A stretch of 64,000 nt of DNA, taken from the NCBI GenBank assembly GCA_902776835.1, contig CACYRK010000027.1, positions 12,782-76,781 of the forward strand. The letters run 5' to 3'. Both the position numbers and the translations under genes were made by a program. The notes beneath the pieces are model-generated. The model ran no database searches. It was not told the origin of the DNA and saw only the letters and a program-made list of their open reading frames with translations. The stretch comes from an uncultured Bacteroidales bacterium (GTDB lineage Bacteria > Bacteroidota > Bacteroidia > Bacteroidales > Muribaculaceae). Shown piece by piece: positions 1 to 8,497 of this stretch. Position 1 is the first letter of the stretch. Each line of letters starts with the position of its first letter.

Positions 1-3000
1 GGTTTCCATATAGGCGTTGTTGATGCTCAGCATCTGGCCTTCGTAGTCGCTGTAGAACGCGCTGAAGTAGTCGCCCTTGTAGTAGGCCGAAATTCTTACA
101 ATGGTGTTACCCTTGACCTCGTTGAACGATGCCGCCATGTTGATGGCAACAGGCTCTGCTGCCTCGCCGGCGATAAGTTCGGGAGTGCCAACCACGTCGA
201 TTGCGGGGTTGGTGTCGAGGTCACGGCCCGTACCGCGCACGGTATTAGCCTTAAGCACCTTGTCGTTCGACTCTACAATCTCGCTCAGGACGTCGTCGCT
301 GACCTTCAGACCAATCCAGTTGCCTTCTTCGTCGGCAACATAAACCATGTTGTCGTCGGCAAAGGCTTCGCAGATGTGCAGGTCTTCGTTGATAAGATCA
401 ACATCCTCGCCAGCCAGCAATTGCTCGAGCGTGCCAGGAGTGCTTTCGGGCATGAGAGCGAAGTTCTTGGTCATGTTATCGGTGACGTCGATTGTCTCGG
501 CCTCGCTTGCGATGAAGCCCTCGGCAGCGGCAACGATGTTGTAGCCCTCACCGGCTTGGATTACGGTAGCGGTGTAAGCGCCGTCGGCGTCGGTGGTGGC
601 GGTGTAGATCACGTTGCCCTTGGTGAGCGTCACGGTAGCGCCCTCGATGGGCTCATCGGTCAGTGCGTTGGTCACCACACCGGCAACCTCCACAGGCTCC
701 TGCTCAACATAGAGTTTGAGCGACGGCAACTGAGTCGACAGGCTGGCCGTGCTGCCGAACATAGTTGCGGCATCGCTCTGGCCGTCCCTCTTAAGGAATA
801 ACATCTGGTTCTCCACGCTGTTGTAGTAGAATTGGATGTACTTGCTCTGGTAAGCGCCATAACTGAACGTCAGGAACTCAAGGTTCTTGCCGTCGTAGAT
901 GATAGGCTCAGAGAGCGTCAACTCAAATTCGCCACCTGCGGCGGGAATCATATCGAGTACATTGTCCTTGGAGAAGACCTGAGTAAAGCCTTCGCCCTCG
1001 ATGTCGGTGCAGATAGAACCTGCAGCCAATGTTGCGTCCTCGGTGCTGCGTGCCCACAAATTAAAGTTCAAAGCGTTGGTGCGGTCGCTCTTCTTGACTA
1101 AGAAGGCCACCTTGGTAATCTTGTCGCCCTCTTTGACACCGGCTTCTTCGATTTGAGCCTTGGTGTAGATCAGACGAGTCGCTGTGGCATCATAGTTACT
1201 GTTGATGATAGCATAATTACCTGAGGCATCGAGGGTTGTCGTAGTGCCATTGTTGACAATCATGCCGATTACGGCACTCTCCTCGGCAACGTTGACGGTA
1301 ATCACCGCGCTGTTCACCTCGTAGTCACCAGCCTTGGCGATGGCTTGCACGGTGTGCGTGCCGGCCACGCGCGGAGTGTAGTCGAAACTCATCTCTTGCT
1401 CGGCCTTGCTAGCCAGGTCAGCGACCTCGACGGTAGCAAGCACGTTCTCGCCATCCTCGACAAAGTCGACGGTGTAACTGTCGGCATCGGCAAGCATGTT
1501 CTTCAGTTTGGCAGTGTAAGTGTTGGTCATGTTGACCATGCCCTGGTTGCTGCCGCTGAACTCGGTGAACATGGCGTCGTGCTCAAGCGTGGCGAGTTGG
1601 CCACCGTAGATGTTGTCGATGGCGGCGCCCCAAATGTCAAACTTCACGAAGTAGGTGCCGGCCTCGGGCAGAGTAACCTGGGTGTTGGTAAACGCCATGC
1701 GAGTCATGGCAACCTCACCCTCGAACTCGGTCCAGTTAGCGCGGTCGGTCGAATAATAAGCCTTGAATGTAGGAGCGACCGAATAACCGGCAGTTGTGAA
1801 GTGCAGGTCGAGACCTGTCTCGGTGTTGAATTCGATGGCAGGAGTGATAAGTTCGGTGTTTACAGTAGTGGTGAAACCCGAGAAGAACGCAAGTTTTTGG
1901 TTGTAGGTCATGTCGGCACCCGAAACCACATAAGTGAGGTTCTGGATTTGCATACCGGTTGTGCCGGCGGTGTAAATCCATCCATCGGCCATCACATCGT
2001 CCTCAAAGTCCTCGAGGAAGGTGCCGTCGGCAATGCGTGCTGCAGCAGCCTCGACAGTAAAGTCGCCAACGTTGGTTGCAATTGTTGCCACTGCGCCGTC
2101 ATATGTTCCTACGCCGCTGAAGGTGAGCATAATAGGCTGTTTGCTGTCGGCATTCACGGTGCCGCTTGCCGGCTCAACGGTAACACCCTCGACAGGAGTC
2201 ACGGTGAACGTGAGCGGAGCGGTACCGTTGTTACCCATCTGCACGGTGAGCGTGCGGTCCTCGTTGAAGACGCTCAGGTCGGTCTTGGTGTAGGCGCTTG
2301 TGCCATTCTCGGCATAGAGTTTACCCACGGCCACCAGGGCGCGGATGTTGATGTTGTCGGTAGTAAGCGACTTCATGATGTCGCCCATAGTCACCACCAC
2401 CACAAACTTGGCATTCTGTGTGGGCTGGATGTTTTCGGGGGCATACTCGAAACTGAGTTCGAAGTCCTTGCTCTCACCCACGGTGAGTGCGGTACCAGTG
2501 ACGCTGGTCAGGGCCTCAACCTCGTCGTCCTCGCCAGCAGCGGCTAGGGCGGCGTAGTCGTAGACGGCAACGGTGTAAGCGCCGTCGGCGATGTCGACGA
2601 GTCCGCTGTTCTTAACCACTGCGGTCAGGTCGATAGTTGCGACACCGGCCTCGTTGGCAATAACTTCGGCGGGAACGTCCTTGAGTTCGGTCAGGGCAAT
2701 GTCGGCCGAAGCAATCATCTCGTCGGCTGCGAAGAAGTCGATTGCCGACCATACCATACCGATGGCCACGCGGCCACTCTCGGCCATGTTGAATGTGCCG
2801 TAACTCCAACCATTCATGTTCAGAGCGGGCTCCCAAGTCACGTTGATGGGGTTCTTGTTGTCGACAACGTCGACACCATCCTGGTTGACGATGGGATAAA
2901 CCTTCAGATAGGGACTGCTGGTCGAAGTGTGCTTGCCGGTAATGAACACGTTGCCCTTGACTTCGGGCGAGATCAGGTAGTAAGCACTGTAGACATAGTT

Positions 3001-4923
3001 GTTCTGGAACGATGTGCGATCGAAGGCGATAGCCTTGTTGTCGCCATCCTCGATGATGGTGAGATAGGTGTCGCCCTCTTCGAGGTCGGCCAGATTGTCG
3101 GGACCATAAGAGTTGGGAACCGTGATGCGGTTCACAGGAACGATCACCGACTTCCAGCCTTGCGGCATCTTGTCACCATCGGCGATGGCGTTAAAGTCCT
3201 CCTGATAGCCAGTGGGAACAGCGAGTCCCTTACCGGTAAGGGTGACTTCGAAATTGCCAGCATTTCCGCAATCCACGGTAATGGTGCCATTGTGCACACC
3301 ACCCTCGGTGGGAGCGTACTTCACGGTGAATGCCTGCTCGGCACCTGCGGCAACCTCAGCAGCCGTGGTGAGCACCTCGAAGGGTGCCTCGGCACCACTG
3401 ACAGTGGGCGTGAAGGCGTTGATGCCAAGGTTCTTCACGGTGAACGTCAGTTCGGCGCTTTGGCCAACCAACTGGGTGCCAAAGTCGAGAGCAGCGGGGC
3501 GTACCGATGCCATGTCGTCCTGAAGTTCATCGAAAGCAAAGGTGACCTTGGGCAGATAATTCACGCGAGAAACAGTGGAATTGTACTTGTAGATGCCGGG
3601 TGCGGTACTCGAGTCGTACTTTGCAAAGAAAGAGGTGCTCGACGCTGAAGTGCCTTTTGTTGTAACCTCGGTAGAAATTACCAAGTTACCGCCGGTGTAG
3701 GTAAACGGAGCATCTAACGTGATTATCACCTGTTTGTCGGCATTGATCGACAGTGTGCCGCTGTATACCTCGTCAAGGTTGGTATACAATGCGTCGGCGC
3801 TGTTGCTGGCAAACTCGGTATGATCTGCATCCACACCCATGGTTACGCTGTAGACTGCGTTGGCGCAACCAAGTGTTGTGCCGCTTGAGTAGAACGTAAT
3901 TTCGGTGATAGCCTTGCCCACGAGCGAAGTCAGGTCGCTGGCGGGGTAAATCATCTGGCAGGTAGTGCCCTGTGCGTCAGACCAATAGGTGTAGACAGGC
4001 AGATAACTGGTGGTGTTGGTCACGCCGTCATATAGCGTCAGCATATTTGCTGCCGCACCGGTGAGTGCCACATCAAAACTGCCGGCCTCGCCGCAGTTGA
4101 TGGTCATCGTGCCGTTAAAACTGCCTGCTGCTGTGGGATTGAATGCAACAGGGATGGTGGCCATCTCGCCCGAAGCAAGTTCAGCAGCCGTGTAAGTGGT
4201 GCTGAAAGGGGCCTCCAGGCCGCTCACCGCCGGAGTGATGGCATTTGCGCCCTTGTTGCGTACCGTCACGTTAAGCGTAGCGGTGCTACCAGTCGGGATA
4301 GTGCCAAATGCCAGGCTCTCACCCGACACTGCAGCCGCATAATCAGGCTTCTCACCAGCAGTATAGGTGAACGTTGCCTTCGGCAAGAACTTTTGAGGGG
4401 TTGCAGTGCCATAGATGCTATATAAGTAGCACGAAGCGTTATATTCTTGATCCTCTCCCAAGAAATAAACATGGGGGCAGTTGGAGCCTTTAGAAACAAG
4501 TTCGAACTGAATAGCCAGATTGCCGCCGTTGTACTCATAAGGTTGGTCAAGGGTAATGGTGTACAGGGTGGTACCTGAGGCGGGAGTTCCACTAAAGACT
4601 TGTTGAAGTCCGCTTGGATTCCCAGTAACAGTTGCACTTTCTACCTCGCCCATCGAGACCTTAATCGAGCCGTCAGTAAATGTGATATTGGCGTTAGCCT
4701 CGAAGGTTACCTGTGTAATCGTGCCGGCATCCATATCGCCAAGCATGCTTGCGGGATACACCATGGTGTTGGTGAACCGCGTGTCGTAGTAGTAGCCATA
4801 TACTGGCACATACTCATTTGTTGCTGTGCCGTTGGCCACGGTTAGGGTTTCGGCCCAGCCTACGCCCGCACACGTGAGCATGCACAAGAGCAACAACAAT
4901 TTCGTTTGAAAAATGTGTTTCAT
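1..4923 (-). CDS. Giant secreted cell-surface / adhesin-like multidomain protein; C-terminus lies beyond the left window edge (partial, >=1640 aa)
   Basis: Hand translation of the reverse strand from ATG 4923-4921 (MKHIFQTKLLLLLCMLTCAGVGWA/ETLTVANG...) stays open in every 60-nt line I checked, down to position 1 (...AFYSDYEGQMLSINNAYMET). It is absent from the ORF track because it has no stop in the window. It has a signal peptide and a duplicated module pair: N-x-Y-x-PVY-x-Y...YPAS beta-sandwich plus an Ig-like LxFGT..TxxVxNxG..VSGxEAPF..CGxAGxFxVxLTG. It also has ExFE..GW starts typical of cleaved-adhesin/MAM-like domains and a CarboxypepD_reg-like stretch (GVVTNALTDEPIEGATVTL). Confidence 0.85.
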   Translation of the reverse strand, partial: MKHIFQTKLLLLLCMLTCAGVGWAETLTVANGTATNEYVPVYGYYYDTRFTNTMVYPASMLGDMDAGTITQVTFEANANITFTDGSIKVSMGEVESATVTGNPSGLQQVFSGTPASGTTLYTITLDQPYEYNGGNLAIQFELVSKGSNCPHVYFLGEDQEYNASCYLYSIYGTATPQKFLPKATFTYTAGEKPDYAAAVSGESLAFGTIPTGSTATLNVTVRNKGANAITPAVSGLEAPFSTTYTAAELASGEMATIPVAFNPTAAGSFNGTMTINCGEAGSFDVALTGAAANMLTLYDGVTNTTSYLPVYTYWSDAQGTTCQMIYPASDLTSLVGKAITEITFYSSGTTLGCANAVYSVTMGVDADHTEFASNSADALYTNLDEVYSGTLSINADKQVIITLDAPFTYTGGNLVISTEVTTKGTSASSTSFFAKYDSSTAPGIYKYNSTVSRVNYLPKVTFAFDELQDDMASVRPAALDFGTQLVGQSAELTFTVKNLGINAFTPTVSGAEAPFEVLTTAAEVAAGAEQAFTVKYAPTEGGVHNGTITVDCGNAGNFEVTLTGKGLAVPTGYQEDFNAIADGDKMPQGWKSVIVPVNRITVPNSYGPDNLADLEEGDTYLTIIEDGDNKAIAFDRTSFQNNYVYSAYYLISPEVKGNVFITGKHTSTSSPYLKVYPIVNQDGVDVVDNKNPINVTWEPALNMNGWSYGTFNMAESGRVAIGMVWSAIDFFAADEMIASADIALTELKDVPAEVIANEAGVATIDLTAVVKNSGLVDIADGAYTVAVYDYAALAAAGEDDEVEALTSVTGTALTVGESKDFELSFEYAPENIQPTQNAKFVVVVTMGDIMKSLTTDNINIRALVAVGKLYAENGTSAYTKTDLSVFNEDRTLTVQMGNNGTAPLTFTVTPVEGVTVEPASGTVNADSKQPIMLTFSGVGTYDGAVATIATNVGDFTVEAAAARIADGTFLEDFEDDVMADGWIYTAGTTGMQIQNLTYVVSGADMTYNQKLAFFSGFTTTVNTELITPAIEFNTETGLDLHFTTAGYSVAPTFKAYYSTDRANWTEFEGEVAMTRMAFTNTQVTLPEAGTYFVKFDIWGAAIDNIYGGQLATLEHDAMFTEFSGSNQGMVNMTNTYTAKLKNMLADADSYTVDFVEDGENVLATVEVADLASKAEQEMSFDYTPRVAGTHTVQAIAKAGDYEVNSAVITVNVAEESAVIGMIVNNGTTTTLDASGNYAIINSNYDATATRLIYTKAQIEEAGVKEGDKITKVAFLVKKSDRTNALNFNLWARSTEDATLAAGSICTDIEGEGFTQVFSKDNVLDMIPAAGGEFELTLSEPIIYDGKNLEFLTFSYGAYQSKYIQFYYNSVENQMLFLKRDGQSDAATMFGSTASLSTQLPSLKLYVEQEPVEVAGVVTNALTDEPIEGATVTLTKGNVIYTATTDADGAYTATVIQAGEGYNIVAAAEGFIASEAETIDVTDNMTKNFALMPESTPGTLEQLLAGEDVDLINEDLHICEAFADDNMVYVADEEGNWIGLKVSDDVLSEIVESNDKVLKANTVRGTGRDLDTNPAIDVVGTPELIAGEAAEPVAINMAASFNEVKGNTIVRISAYYKGDYFSAFYSDYEGQMLSINNAYMET

Positions 4924-4988
4924 ACGCAAATTAGTTTTTAAAAATTACTGAATGATAATAGGTTAATTATCTCGTATATTTCAGGTGG

Positions 4989-4996
4989 CAAATTTA
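4989..4996 (-). promoter_or_regulatory. -7 promoter box (TAAATTTG) for the giant surface-protein gene
   Basis: Exact TAnnTTTG (Bacteroidota sigma-A -7 element) on the minus strand, 65 nt upstream of ATG 4923. Confidence 0.5.
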
Positions 4997-5199
4997 CGAA
5001 TAATATTTCAATGGGCAAAATTTTGATTGTGTTGATTTGTAATGCATTGAATTTTAGTTATTTAGTAGGTGTGAAATAATACCAACTAATGACTTGTTTA
5101 TGGTTAATGTTATGAGGCAAAAAAGGAAACCGGCGCAGCCTTGTTGCGGTTGAAATGTAGGTAATTTGTGTTCTGTGCTTTCGTGCGCCTGCGGGCGTA

Positions 5200-5268
5200 G
5201 CGCGCGTGTGTGCGCTGCGCGCGTGCATTATGGGCGCATTATGCACGCGCACAACGCTCGCGCGCGAG
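5200..5268. other. GC-rich alternating purine-pyrimidine tract with hairpin and 12-nt palindrome inside an AT-rich intergenic region
   Basis: gcgcgcgtgtgtgcgc (5200..5215) and gcgcgcgtgcat (5217..5228) strictly alternate R/Y. There is a 10-bp stem, 5219..5228 with 5241..5250. ctcgcgcgcgag (5257..5268) is self-complementary. Confidence 0.7.
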
Positions 5269-5287
5269 TAAACCCCTGTTTTTGACG

Positions 5288-5337
5288 TTTTTTTGCAAAA
5301 AAATGCTACCAATTTCCTCTTTTTTGCAGAAAAATGC
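5288..5337 (+). promoter_or_regulatory. Two direct repeats TTTTTTGCARAAAAATGC upstream of the wHTH gene promoter
   Basis: 5288..5306 and 5320..5337, 32 nt apart. The first contains the 16-nt palindrome tttttttgcaaaaaaa. Confidence 0.4.
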
Positions 5338-5369
5338 ATCGAAAATTTGGCCATTTCAAAAAGTCAACA

Positions 5370-5377
5370 TACCTTTG
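5370..5377 (+). promoter_or_regulatory. -7 promoter box (TACCTTTG) for the wHTH gene
   Basis: Exact TAnnTTTG, 68 nt upstream of ATG 5446. Confidence 0.5.
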
Positions 5378-5445
5378 CAGCGATTTTTGAGAAAAATATC
5401 AAGAGTTTATAACAAATTTTTAAGGTAAAAAAGAAAGAAAAGATT

Positions 5446-5649
5446 ATGAACGTTGAAACTATTGGCCTGTGGGCCGGTGCAACTTGGAATGCACTCAACG
5501 ATGCAAATGGTACGCTCACCGTTAAGGGTCTGAAGAAGGCTACCAAACTTAAAGAGAAGGAAGTTTACGCCGCTATCGGTTGGCTCGCTCGTGAGGGCAA
5601 GGTCAACGTGGCTGATGTTGAGGCCGAGGTAGAGGTTACTCTCCTTTAA
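5446..5649 (+). CDS. Small winged helix-turn-helix protein (DUF2582-like)
   Basis: 67 aa; IGLWAGATWNAL...KEVYAAIGWLAREGKV pattern of the DUF2582 wHTH family. Own TAnnTTTG box upstream and a hairpin terminator downstream. Confidence 0.7.
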   Translation: MNVETIGLWAGATWNALNDANGTLTVKGLKKATKLKEKEVYAAIGWLAREGKVNVADVEAEVEVTLL

Positions 5650-5705
5650 TGCGTTTGAAACATTTAGGCGAACATTAAGCAATCTATCATTTACGCCTAC
5701 CAAAA

Positions 5706-5749
5706 CAGCCCAGGCATGGCTCGAAGCCACCGCCTGGGCTGTATTTTTT
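5706..5749 (+). terminator. Rho-independent terminator after the wHTH gene
   Basis: 10-bp stem cagcccaggc / gcctgggctg, followed by tatttttt. Confidence 0.7.
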
Positions 5750-5769
5750 ATATCACACCTTAGTATAAA

Positions 5770-6102
5770 CCCAAATCGGTCATTAGAACGGAGTAATGTT
5801 ATTTTTTGTTCCTAATTAACGTGAGTTCGGCATAAGAAAATGCATACTTGGCGCATGTAAGTGGTTGAGACACAGATGAGGGTGTGTCATAATTCAAAAA
5901 GGTTGGGACAGAAGTTCCTCCCCTAAGTTAGGGGAGGTGGCCCAACGGGCCGGAGGAGTGTGTGATAACGCACTGGCTGGCAATTGTTTGTTGTTGACAC
6001 ACGCCCCCGCCCTTCGGGCACCCCCTCTAACTTCGATTTTAATAACAGCAATACTCTCAAAACAAATTCTGTTATGACATAATTTCTAATAACCGATTTG
6101 GG
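5770..6102. mobile_element. MITE-like non-coding element, long copy (333 bp), with ~19-bp terminal inverted repeats
   Basis: The left end cccaaatcggtcattagaa and right end ttctaataaccgatttggg are reverse complements (18/19). The first ~50 nt match the element at 58672..58751. The GC-rich core is full of hairpins (cctcccctaa-g-ttaggggagg at 5917..5937). Confidence 0.55.
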
Positions 6103-6174
6103 TTAAATGCACAACGGGGGTGGGGTGGGGCAAAAAAACTTGCGCTATTGCACTGCTTATCGAAAAACTTTGCG

Positions 6175-6182
6175 TACATTTG
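6175..6182 (+). promoter_or_regulatory. -7 promoter box (TACATTTG) for the S9 peptidase gene
   Basis: Exact TAnnTTTG, 41 nt upstream of ATG 6224. Confidence 0.5.
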
Positions 6183-6223
6183 CAAGCGGAATATTAATCT
6201 TCAAATACATACATCAATTTTTT

Positions 6224-8410
6224 ATGAAATCATTTAAAGCAACAATCATGGCAACAATGGCGGCACTACTCACTCTGGCAGGGTGCAACCAAGTGGGCGA
6301 CACGGCAATGTTAATTGGCAAGCCCGATGTGAAAGTTGAAAATGGAAAATTCACCCCTGAGGTGCTTAACTCGTTCGGACGTGTGAGCAACCCGCAGGTG
6401 TCGCCCGATGGCACGCGCGTGCTCTATGGCGTCACCTACATGAGCATTGAGCAAAACAAAGGCAACTGTGAACTCTGGGTGGCCGACATCAACGGCCAGA
6501 ACGCCATCCCACTCACCGTCACTCCCAACAGCGAGTCGAACGCCGTGTGGATTGATGGCGGTGCGCGCATCGCTTTTATCTACAAAGACGAGAGCGACGA
6601 GAACGCCACTCCGCAACTCTGGGTGATGAATGCCGACGGCAGCAAGCGCGCTTGCGTGAGCCAAATGGAGAACGGCATCGAGGGCTTCCTGATCTCGCCC
6701 GACCAGACCAAGGTAATTCTCATCAGCACGGTGAAGTATGGCAAGACGGCTCAGGATTATCATCCCGACCTCGACAAGACCAAGGCACGCGTTATCGACG
6801 ACTTGATGTATCGTCACTGGAATGAGTGGACCACCGAAATCCCTCACCCCTTCGTGGCAAACTTTGTTGGCGGCGTGGTTAGCGATCCCAAGGATCTGCT
6901 CGAAGGCACACAGTTCGAGTCGCCAATGCGACCCTGGGGAGGTATTGAGCAGTTGGCTTGGATGCCCGACTCGAAGGCGCTCATCTACGTGTGCCGCAAA
7001 CTTACCGGTGTGGAATATGCCACCTCGACCAATAGCGACCTCTTCCGATACACCCTCGAGAACGGCAAGACCGAAAACCTCACCGAGGGCATGATGGGCT
7101 ACGACAACAACCCCATCGTCTCGAAGAGCGGCAAAATCGCTTGGCTCTCGATGGAGCATGACGGCTACGAGGCCGACAAAAACCGCATCTTCTTGATGGA
7201 CACCAACGGCCAGAAGACCGACCTGACCGCCAACTGGGACTACAGCGTCGACGAGATCGCTTGGTCGCCCGACGAGAAATACATCTATTTCATCTGCCCG
7301 TTCCAGGGCACGATGCCGATGTTCCGCCTCGAGGTGGCAACGCAGAAAATCGACACCATCGCAGCAGGACAATATGACTACACGGGCCTGGCTTTTGCCG
7401 GCGAGAACGTGATCACGATGCGCCACTCCTACCTCGAGCCTAACGAGATCTACAGTGTGAAGCCGGGCGCTCAGCCCGCCGAGCCCACCGTGCTCACTCA
7501 TGTGAACGACGACCTCCTGGCCCAACTCGACTCGGTGACTTGCGAAAAGGTGATGGTGCCCACCACCGACGGCAAGCAGATGACCACCTGGGTGCTCCTG
7601 CCTCCGGGATTCGACAAGACGAAGAAGTATCCCGCAATCCTCTTCTGCGAGGGCGGACCGCAATCGCCCGTGAGCCAGTTCTGGAGTTACCGCTGGAATC
7701 TGCGCCTGATGGCAAGCCAAGGTTATGTGGTGATTGCCCCCAACCGCCGCGGTCTGCCGGGATTCGGCACCGAGTGGAACGCACAAATCTCGGGTGACTA
7801 TGGCGGCCAGAACATGAAAGACTATCTGAGCGCTGTCGACTTCATGAAGAAAGAGCCGTGGATCGACGCCGAGCACATCGGTTGCACCGGTGCCAGTTAC
7901 GGCGGATATTCGGTCTACTGGCTTGCCGGTAACCACCAGAAGCGCTTTGCTTGCTTCCTGTCGCATGCCGGAATTTTCAACATCATGGCTCAATACCTCG
8001 AGACCGAGGAAATGTGGTTTGTCAATTGGGACATCGGCGGCCCGTATTGGGACAAGAGCAACGCCTTGGCTCAGAAGAGTTATGCTGTGGCTAACCCCGC
8101 CAACTATCTGCAGAATTGGGACACCCCAATCATGTGCACCACTGGCGACAACGACTTCCGCATCTCTTACACGCAGACCATGCAGGCCTTCAACGCCGCT
8201 AAGTTGATGGGCTTGCCGGCACGCATGGTGCTCTTCCCCGACGAGGACCACTGGGTGCAGAAGCCGCAGAACAGCGTGCTCTGGCAGCGTGAGTTCTTCA
8301 ACTGGATGGACCGCTGGCTCAAGCCCGACAGCGAGGCTGCCAAGAAAGCCGCTGCCGACACTGTGCCTCCTGTCAAGCAAGTGGTGAAGAACCCCATGAT
8401 GGCAAAGTAA
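6224..8410 (+). CDS. S9 family serine peptidase (prolyl oligopeptidase/acylaminoacyl-peptidase type) lipoprotein
   Basis: Start moved to ATG 6224 (MKSFKATIMATMAALLTLAGC, lipobox). Beta-propeller N-half; GxSxGG nucleophile elbow (GASYGGY), then TGDNDFR (Asp) and DEDHW (His). Confidence 0.85.
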   Translation: MKSFKATIMATMAALLTLAGCNQVGDTAMLIGKPDVKVENGKFTPEVLNSFGRVSNPQVSPDGTRVLYGVTYMSIEQNKGNCELWVADINGQNAIPLTVTPNSESNAVWIDGGARIAFIYKDESDENATPQLWVMNADGSKRACVSQMENGIEGFLISPDQTKVILISTVKYGKTAQDYHPDLDKTKARVIDDLMYRHWNEWTTEIPHPFVANFVGGVVSDPKDLLEGTQFESPMRPWGGIEQLAWMPDSKALIYVCRKLTGVEYATSTNSDLFRYTLENGKTENLTEGMMGYDNNPIVSKSGKIAWLSMEHDGYEADKNRIFLMDTNGQKTDLTANWDYSVDEIAWSPDEKYIYFICPFQGTMPMFRLEVATQKIDTIAAGQYDYTGLAFAGENVITMRHSYLEPNEIYSVKPGAQPAEPTVLTHVNDDLLAQLDSVTCEKVMVPTTDGKQMTTWVLLPPGFDKTKKYPAILFCEGGPQSPVSQFWSYRWNLRLMASQGYVVIAPNRRGLPGFGTEWNAQISGDYGGQNMKDYLSAVDFMKKEPWIDAEHIGCTGASYGGYSVYWLAGNHQKRFACFLSHAGIFNIMAQYLETEEMWFVNWDIGGPYWDKSNALAQKSYAVANPANYLQNWDTPIMCTTGDNDFRISYTQTMQAFNAAKLMGLPARMVLFPDEDHWVQKPQNSVLWQREFFNWMDRWLKPDSEAAKKAAADTVPPVKQVVKNPMMAK

Positions 8411-8433
8411 TCTAAGCCACAACCCACCACACA

Positions 8434-8469
8434 AAACGCCCCGCGACTGCATCGGTCGTGGGGCGTTTC
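8434..8469. terminator. Bidirectional hairpin between the convergent S9 peptidase and CCA/MGMT genes
   Basis: aacgccccgcgac ... gtcgtggggcgtt (13 bp with one G-U), with A-run/T-run flanks. Confidence 0.6.
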
Positions 8470-8497
8470 CTTAATGTCGTTAAAGCCCTTGTTGTCC

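Noticed and set aside
101-4845. Series of + strand ORFs (e.g. 376..801, 1345..2547, 2929..3648, 4600..4845)
   Set aside because: All lie antisense or out of frame to the continuous minus-strand ORF 1..4923, which has a signal peptide and repeated domain structure. They are G/V/A/H-rich with no motifs.
5058-5428. ORFs 5058..5354 (-) and 5210..5428 (+) in the giant-gene / wHTH intergenic region
   Set aside because: They owe their length to the GC-rich alternating tract. They are extremely basic low-complexity peptides that overlap promoter elements.
6107-6223. N-terminal extensions in the ORF track (6107, 10924, 11005, 12923, 23218, 23242, 37369, 38980, 40251, 45108, 58585, 60309)
   Set aside because: Each extension runs through a TAnnTTTG promoter box or a terminator, or overlaps the neighbouring gene. 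An internal ATG gives a proper signal peptide or family-typical N-terminus.
6311-8452. 713-aa minus-strand ORF covering the whole S9 peptidase gene
   Set aside because: It is an antisense shadow of a strongly recognisable + strand gene. The translation is H/R/G/V/L-rich with no motifs and no promoter box. This is typical of GC-rich genes with biased third positions.
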